From assembly GCF_011745625.1 (NCBI RefSeq), contig NW_027191500.1:1-64000 (forward strand): a stretch of DNA of 64,000 bases, given 5' to 3'. A program made the position numbers and the translations under genes. Each line of letters starts with the position of its first letter. Position 1 is the stretch's first letter. The notes below the pieces were generated by a model. That model searched no databases. It worked only from the letters and a program-made list of their open reading frames with translations, and was not told where the DNA came from. This DNA comes from Cladosporium halotolerans (Eukaryota). Positions 58,439-64,000 of the stretch are shown in pieces.

Positions 58439-60520
58439 ATGTCTTCCGGGGCAGCTCTCGATATTGTCGATGCCGCAGCTGCGGACTACCCGGCTGTGGC
58501 GAAGGGTATGAAAGATCCGTCCGTGGTTGAGAAACAGGAGCCCATCATTTCATTTTCCGATGATTTGGTCGGTCCAAATGGCGAGCAATACCCCACTGCG
58601 GAGGACTGGACCCATCTCCGACGTGTCTATGGCAAAGTCGACTGGGTAAGTGTGGAACCTGATCGATGGGCCAATCGCTATGCTGACTTCAAGCCTTCCA
58701 CGTGATTAGATGATTTACGTTATTGGCATAGTCGAGATGTGCGAGCGATTCGCATATTATGGAACCACTGCCGTCTTTGTCAACTTCATTCAACAGGAGC
58801 TGCCCGATGAAGGACCATTTCCTGCTGCGGGTGCTGCGGGTACTTATGGACAACCCGGTGCTTTAGGAATGGGCCAGCAGGCATCCACTGGTCTTGTTCA
58901 GTTCAACCAGTTCTTCTCCTATGTCATGCCAATGGTCGGTAGGTTACGAGCACTCCCTTGTTTTCGTACAGGAGCACCACTAAGCATCAATAGGTGGCTG
59001 GGTGGCAGACGAGTACTGGGGGAAGTTCAAGACAATCTACGTTGCCATCGTCCTTGCCACGGTTGGACACATCTTGATCATCATTGCCGCCATCCCATCG
59101 GTGATCAGCAACCCAAATGGCGCGCTCGCCTCTTTCATCATCGGCCTCATCTTATTCGGCAGCGGAGTCGGTTTCTTCAAAGCCTGCATCTCTCCCCTCA
59201 TCGCAGAACAGTACGAGCACAGCCACCCAAAGGCGTTTATTCGCACCGAGGCAAATGGCGAGCGCGTGATCGTCGACCCTGGAATCACGATCTCCAGAGT
59301 CTACATGCGATACTACCTGCTCATCAACATCGGCGCTTTGGCAGGCCAGATTTCTATGGTCTATGCTGAGAAGTACGTTGGCTTCTGGCTATCATACCTT
59401 TTGCCCACCATCCTGTTTGTCTTCTGTCCAATCTTGATGGTTTCCTTGAGCAAGCACTACGTCAAGAAGCCACCTCAAGGCGATGTGCTCGTCAAGTCCA
59501 TCAAGCTGTACGGACTTGCGATGAGCGGGAGATGGTCGCTGAACCCTGTCCGCACGTACAAGAACCTGTCGTCCCCGGATCTGTGGGACGGAGCCAAGCC
59601 GAGCAACCTTGCCACGAAGCCCAGCTGGATGACATTCGACGACGCATGGGTCGACGAGGTACGACGTGGTATCAAGGCGTGTCAAGTCTTTCTCTGGTTG
59701 CCGATCTTCTGGCTTCCATACGGACAGGTAATGTTCGCCGGCCATTCCGTTGAACTTCCGACTGACCTTGCTCGTAGATGACCACCAACTTGGTCTCGCA
59801 AGCTGCTACCATGGAACTCAACGGCGTGCCCAACGACGTTGTCCACAACCTGAACCCTTTCGCTCTCCTCATGTAAGTCAACCGCATGAGCCTGCTCTAC
59901 AATGGTATCCCATGAAATTCACTGACATACCGACTCACAGATTCATCCCCATCTTCGACAAGTTCTTCTACCCACAGCTCGCGCGCATGGGCATCAACTT
60001 CACACCATTGAAGAAGATCCAGGCCGGCTTCATCTGTGCTATGCTCTCAATGATTGTTGCGGCCTTGGTACAGCACTTCATCTATGCCAAGTCGCCTTGC
60101 GGCAAATTCGCCAGCGACTGCGAGACTCCCCCGAACCTCACCGTCTGGGCTCAGACGCCGGCATACATCCTCATTGCATTCTCCGAGATCTTCGCCTCGA
60201 TCACTGGTCTCGAATACGCATACACAAAGGCCCCGAAAAACATGCGCTCGCTTGTGACTGGTGTCTTCTGGTTCACGCACGCCTTCTCGTCGGCGATTGC
60301 GCAGGCTTTCGTGCCCTTGGCCACTGATCCGTTGTTGGAGTGGCTGTTTGCCGCTATTGCCATCCTGACCTTCTTCGGATGGCTTGGATTCTGGTGGACT
60401 TTCAGAACCCTTGACAGGGAGAACGATGCTCTTGACAAGCTGCCAGAGGGTGACTACCTTTCCAATTCGGCCGCATTGGCTGAGAAGACTGAGGCCGCCG
60501 AGGGGACGCGGAGCAACTAG
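58439..60520 (+). CDS. PTR2: POT-family di/tripeptide transporter, 5 exons
   Basis: EMCERFAYYG signature, YLLINIGA, SEIFASITGLEYAYTKAP.NM. Introns approx. 58646-58709, 58940-58993, 59727-59777 and 59873-59940. Confidence 0.93.
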
Positions 60521-61569
60521 GTAATTTTAACGGGGAAATCACGTGTGTAAATCGATGCAAGAACCTCGACATTGTCCGATCCTACGTAACACAGACATAA
60601 ATGAGGACAGTCACGTGTGATATCTTTATGAGACTTGAACCCATGAACGTCATACGAGCGTAGGTGCGGTACCACAAGGAGCACAATAACATATCTCGAT
60701 ACCATGATGCCAGAACCACCCTCAGACGCTGTAGCAGTCAGTCCGTTCACAAGGATCTTCAGGATTAGGCGCAAGGTTAGCCGTTGCTATCTCAGGGCGG
60801 AAGGGAAGCTCTGTCCCTCCACCCTCGGCCATGGCACACTGCGTAGTCCATCCGTTGATGTAAGATACGACGCCAGGCCACCAATAACACGAATTAACAA
60901 AATCTCCAGTCGTCGGATAGGCATCACAAATGAGTTATAACTTGTAAGCTGACTGTTACCTTTGGTCACGTACACAGTGAGTCCACCCCGTGCTGTGTAG
61001 ATAATAGTACTGGCTGCATTGACATCATTTGTAGCGAAGAGCGGGGGATCGATGACATTGGACGTCGCTACAGCTCTAGTGGGCTCAAAGTTCATTTCAG
61101 AAGCGTTCTATGTGCTCGTGATTATGAGGTTGGAATCGTCGTTGAAGATCAATCGAACGTCACCGGCCACGGCAGTAGCCTTGGTAAGACATCGGACCGA
61201 ACTTCTGTAGATGTTCTAGAACTAAGTGGATACGCAACTCCTGTGCGTATCTCACAGGAGCACATTTGGGTAGGAATAGGTCACGCAGCGTTGTATAGAC
61301 GTTGGAAATGGGGTTCTCTAGGTGGGAATCGGCGTCGTTAGATGGATCGGCGGTATGACTGGTAGTGGTGAAGAATGGTGGAAGGGAGGTTGATAACTTT
61401 TATTGGCGATGGATTCTGAACGATGTCGGTGAGCTAAAGGCTCATAGATTTTATCTAAAGTGGGTCGGGGGGACCTACTGCCCGACTGCTCCGCTGCTGC
61501 GTATTTCACATTGCGGTAAAGGAAGGTTACCAGCGCTGGTGCAATTTCTGGCAAGACGCTGGGTGCTCA

Positions 61570-62517
61570 AAGTAGGGTTCAATCATTCATGCCGCTGTGT
61601 TTTCAACAACGTCACGTTTGGCTTCGGAAATGAGACTTCTCGCGATCTAACAGTAGATTTGCAGAACATCAGCTATGACCGACCTGACTCATCCCAATTG
61701 CTCATCTCAACTATACCGGTACTCATAAATTCTGTAATCACTCACCTGTGGCTACCAGTCGAAGTATGTCAGCAGTTCGGAAAACTGTTCGACATCACAT
61801 GGGACGAGACCGCACAGCTATACCTGCTGGACGCGGATACACACGCGTACCTGTCGAAGCTCAACAATACCTTCACTTTTACGCTCGGCCACGCGGGCTC
61901 AGGAGGGGATGTGGTGGATATTGCGCTCCCATATAGTGCTTTTAATCTCGAGGGCAGCCCACCTTTCATTGACCATCCGTCCAAGTATTTCCCTCCCAGG
62001 CGCGCCGAAAGACCGGAGCAGTACATGCTTGGACGGATGTTCCTTCAAGGCGCGTATGTCGTCGCCGACTATGAGCGACAGAACTTTTCGGTATCCCAAG
62101 CTTTGTTTCCAGATGCCTCTCAAAAGTCCGGCAACACCATAGTACACGGGCCTGGAGAATGCTACTTCACTGAGCGCTGGAGACATCGCCGGCATCGTAG
62201 TGGGTGCCGTAATAGCGATCTCGATCATAGCAGCCGGAATGCGGTGGTGTGCGCGTTGGCGGAAGACCAAGGCTATCGTCGTGAGTCAGGGGAAGCCAGA
62301 GGGACCTCTGGTGGGAGACCACAAGCCTGGCATGGAGCTCGATGGACTCGACTCCCAGCGACATGAGCTAAGCTATTTGAAGGGCAATCTTGAGTTGGAC
62401 GGAGTTCATATAGTGCTCACGGAGCTGGATCAGCAGACCGAGCGGCAAGTTGAGTTGGCTGGCAGTGATGCAGTTTCGATTGCGAGAGATTCCGCCCAGA
62501 GACGTGAGCTGCCATAA
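61570..62517 (+). pseudogene. Truncated, frameshifted membrane-anchored aspartic protease remnant
   Basis: Only the C-lobe is visible (NNVTFGF..SRDL.V, LINS..THLWLP..C..F, LGRMFLQ.AYVVADYER.NFSVSQA). The catalytic Asp position reads Asn. The TM segment LSAGDIAGIVVG lies in another frame after ~62150. Confidence 0.7.
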
Positions 62518-64000
62518 GCGTGCAGAATTGTAGAAACACTGGAAATGTATCGTCGTTGTCGTGTCCTTGTCAAGAAAGCACAACGTCGTCGTAAGGACCT
62601 GTCAAAGCGGGCATACCATCTAGTTACGTAGAGCCCACGTGGATTTGGATCCACGGAACGAGTGACGACCTAGTTGGCTGACCTTAACGAGATGCTACCA
62701 GCGAGGCTTCAAGTGGAGAGACACGTGGAGAGACTTGAGCTGCCTTGAACGAGCACGCCACGGGTGACACGATAATAATGGCAACACCATTATGTCTTCG
62801 CCAGGCAACAGAACACACCACCAAGAAATTGTCATGCACCCCGGATCAGACGATCCGTCTTGTCACTAGGGAGCCTCTCAGCCTTATGCGATCACATGAA
62901 ATGCGCGCAAAGATGTCAGCCAAGCGGATAGAGGTCTTTGTCCTCCTGCCAGCCAAGATCATATTAGTCACGGCATTGATCGCGAAAATGGCAGGCAGCG
63001 GCACGCCCTTTGTATGCCGAGTGACGCTCGGTATGCCGCTGAGGCTTGCTGATTTTGGAGCACCCCCGTAGTCTTGTGTATAGGCCCGACATGAGCATTG
63101 TCCAGGAGGCCTGGACCGTTAAAAGCCTTGGAAGACGTATTGACAGGGAGATACAAGCGGCCGGTCTTGCGATAGCGAGAAGTATAGATGAATCTTTCCG
63201 TCCTTTCAAGCTCGTGAGCACGTTTACCAAGAAAGCGGCAGGTCGATTGTGCTTCGCTGGGGCAAAGCCGAGCCCTGGCGCTTGCGTGTCGGGCTTGCCT
63301 ACAATTGACCCTTGCGCCGAGAAACTGCGCCTCTAGTCGACGAGTAGCGCGAGGGCCGCTGAGGCTTCGTCGTCCACGGCTTCAGAGGTCAGCCACGGAG
63401 CAATTGAGAGGGCCTTTCCGTGGAGCCATGCTTGATCGCTGGGCTGATCCTGCAACACGTGTGGTGGCTGCCTTGGCGGAGGTCGTCCCTCCGCTGGCCA
63501 TTAAGACTGGCATCGTATAGGGGTGCCATGAGCCTCAGACCACAATCCATTCAGCGCTGTAAATTGCCGCTTCCAATTCTTTCACCTGCGGAAAAAACTG
63601 TTGCGCCATCCGTGGTACTTATCCGGCCGGTTGTAGGCCCGTAGGCAATATTTGTGGACGCCAGTCAGCCTCTTCACGGCGCGCCGGATCAAGTAGCATG
63701 AACGATTCGCTGGGACAGATGGCACGCGGTCCAAGCAAGCCAAGCCAATACGCTCGCCGCCGAAGTCGCACGGCGAGCAAGATAACGGACCGAACAACGC
63801 ACGCCGTGGCTTGGATGGAGAGAAGCCAACACGAGGCGAAGTCTCTAGGCCCAAGCACCAAGCACGCATTGCTTGGACGGAGCGCCGCGCCCACTTGGCA
63901 ACAAGCATCTTGTGGGGAGCGGTCGAAGCAAGCAACACGTCTGGTGGGCGGCCGATAAGCTTAACCGGCACTTGGTTTGGCGCGACCCCGCCCAAAGCGA

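Overview
Gene-dense eukaryotic DNA from a filamentous ascomycete (Pezizomycotina; short 47-68 nt GT-AG introns with CTRAC branch points; Dothideomycete-like is only a guess). It holds about 26 protein-coding genes, one tRNA-Thr(AGT) and a truncated aspartic protease pseudogene. Recognisable genes are SLU7, CAB2, DLD1, SUB1/PC4, PEX7, RFT1, a Ras2/RasB GTPase, PRI1, allantoinase, PET112/GatB and PTR2, plus three MFS transporters, a SLAC1/Mae1-type transporter, an APC permease, a GMC oxidoreductase and an F-box/LRR protein. The most unusual segment is 35-40.7 kb. It carries three co-oriented genes: a Set7-like SET protein, a kinase-like protein fused to an ING-type PHD finger, and a Zn-finger-like protein with a higher-order 60/120-bp repeat. 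Repeated ~1-kb strand-skew inversions (C/A-rich, then GC peak, then G/T-rich) cut across genes regardless of orientation. There are also plausible UaY/GATA and MCB/CRE promoter motifs. Gene models were read by eye and no database searches were run. No CRISPR array, rRNA or intact transposon was seen.
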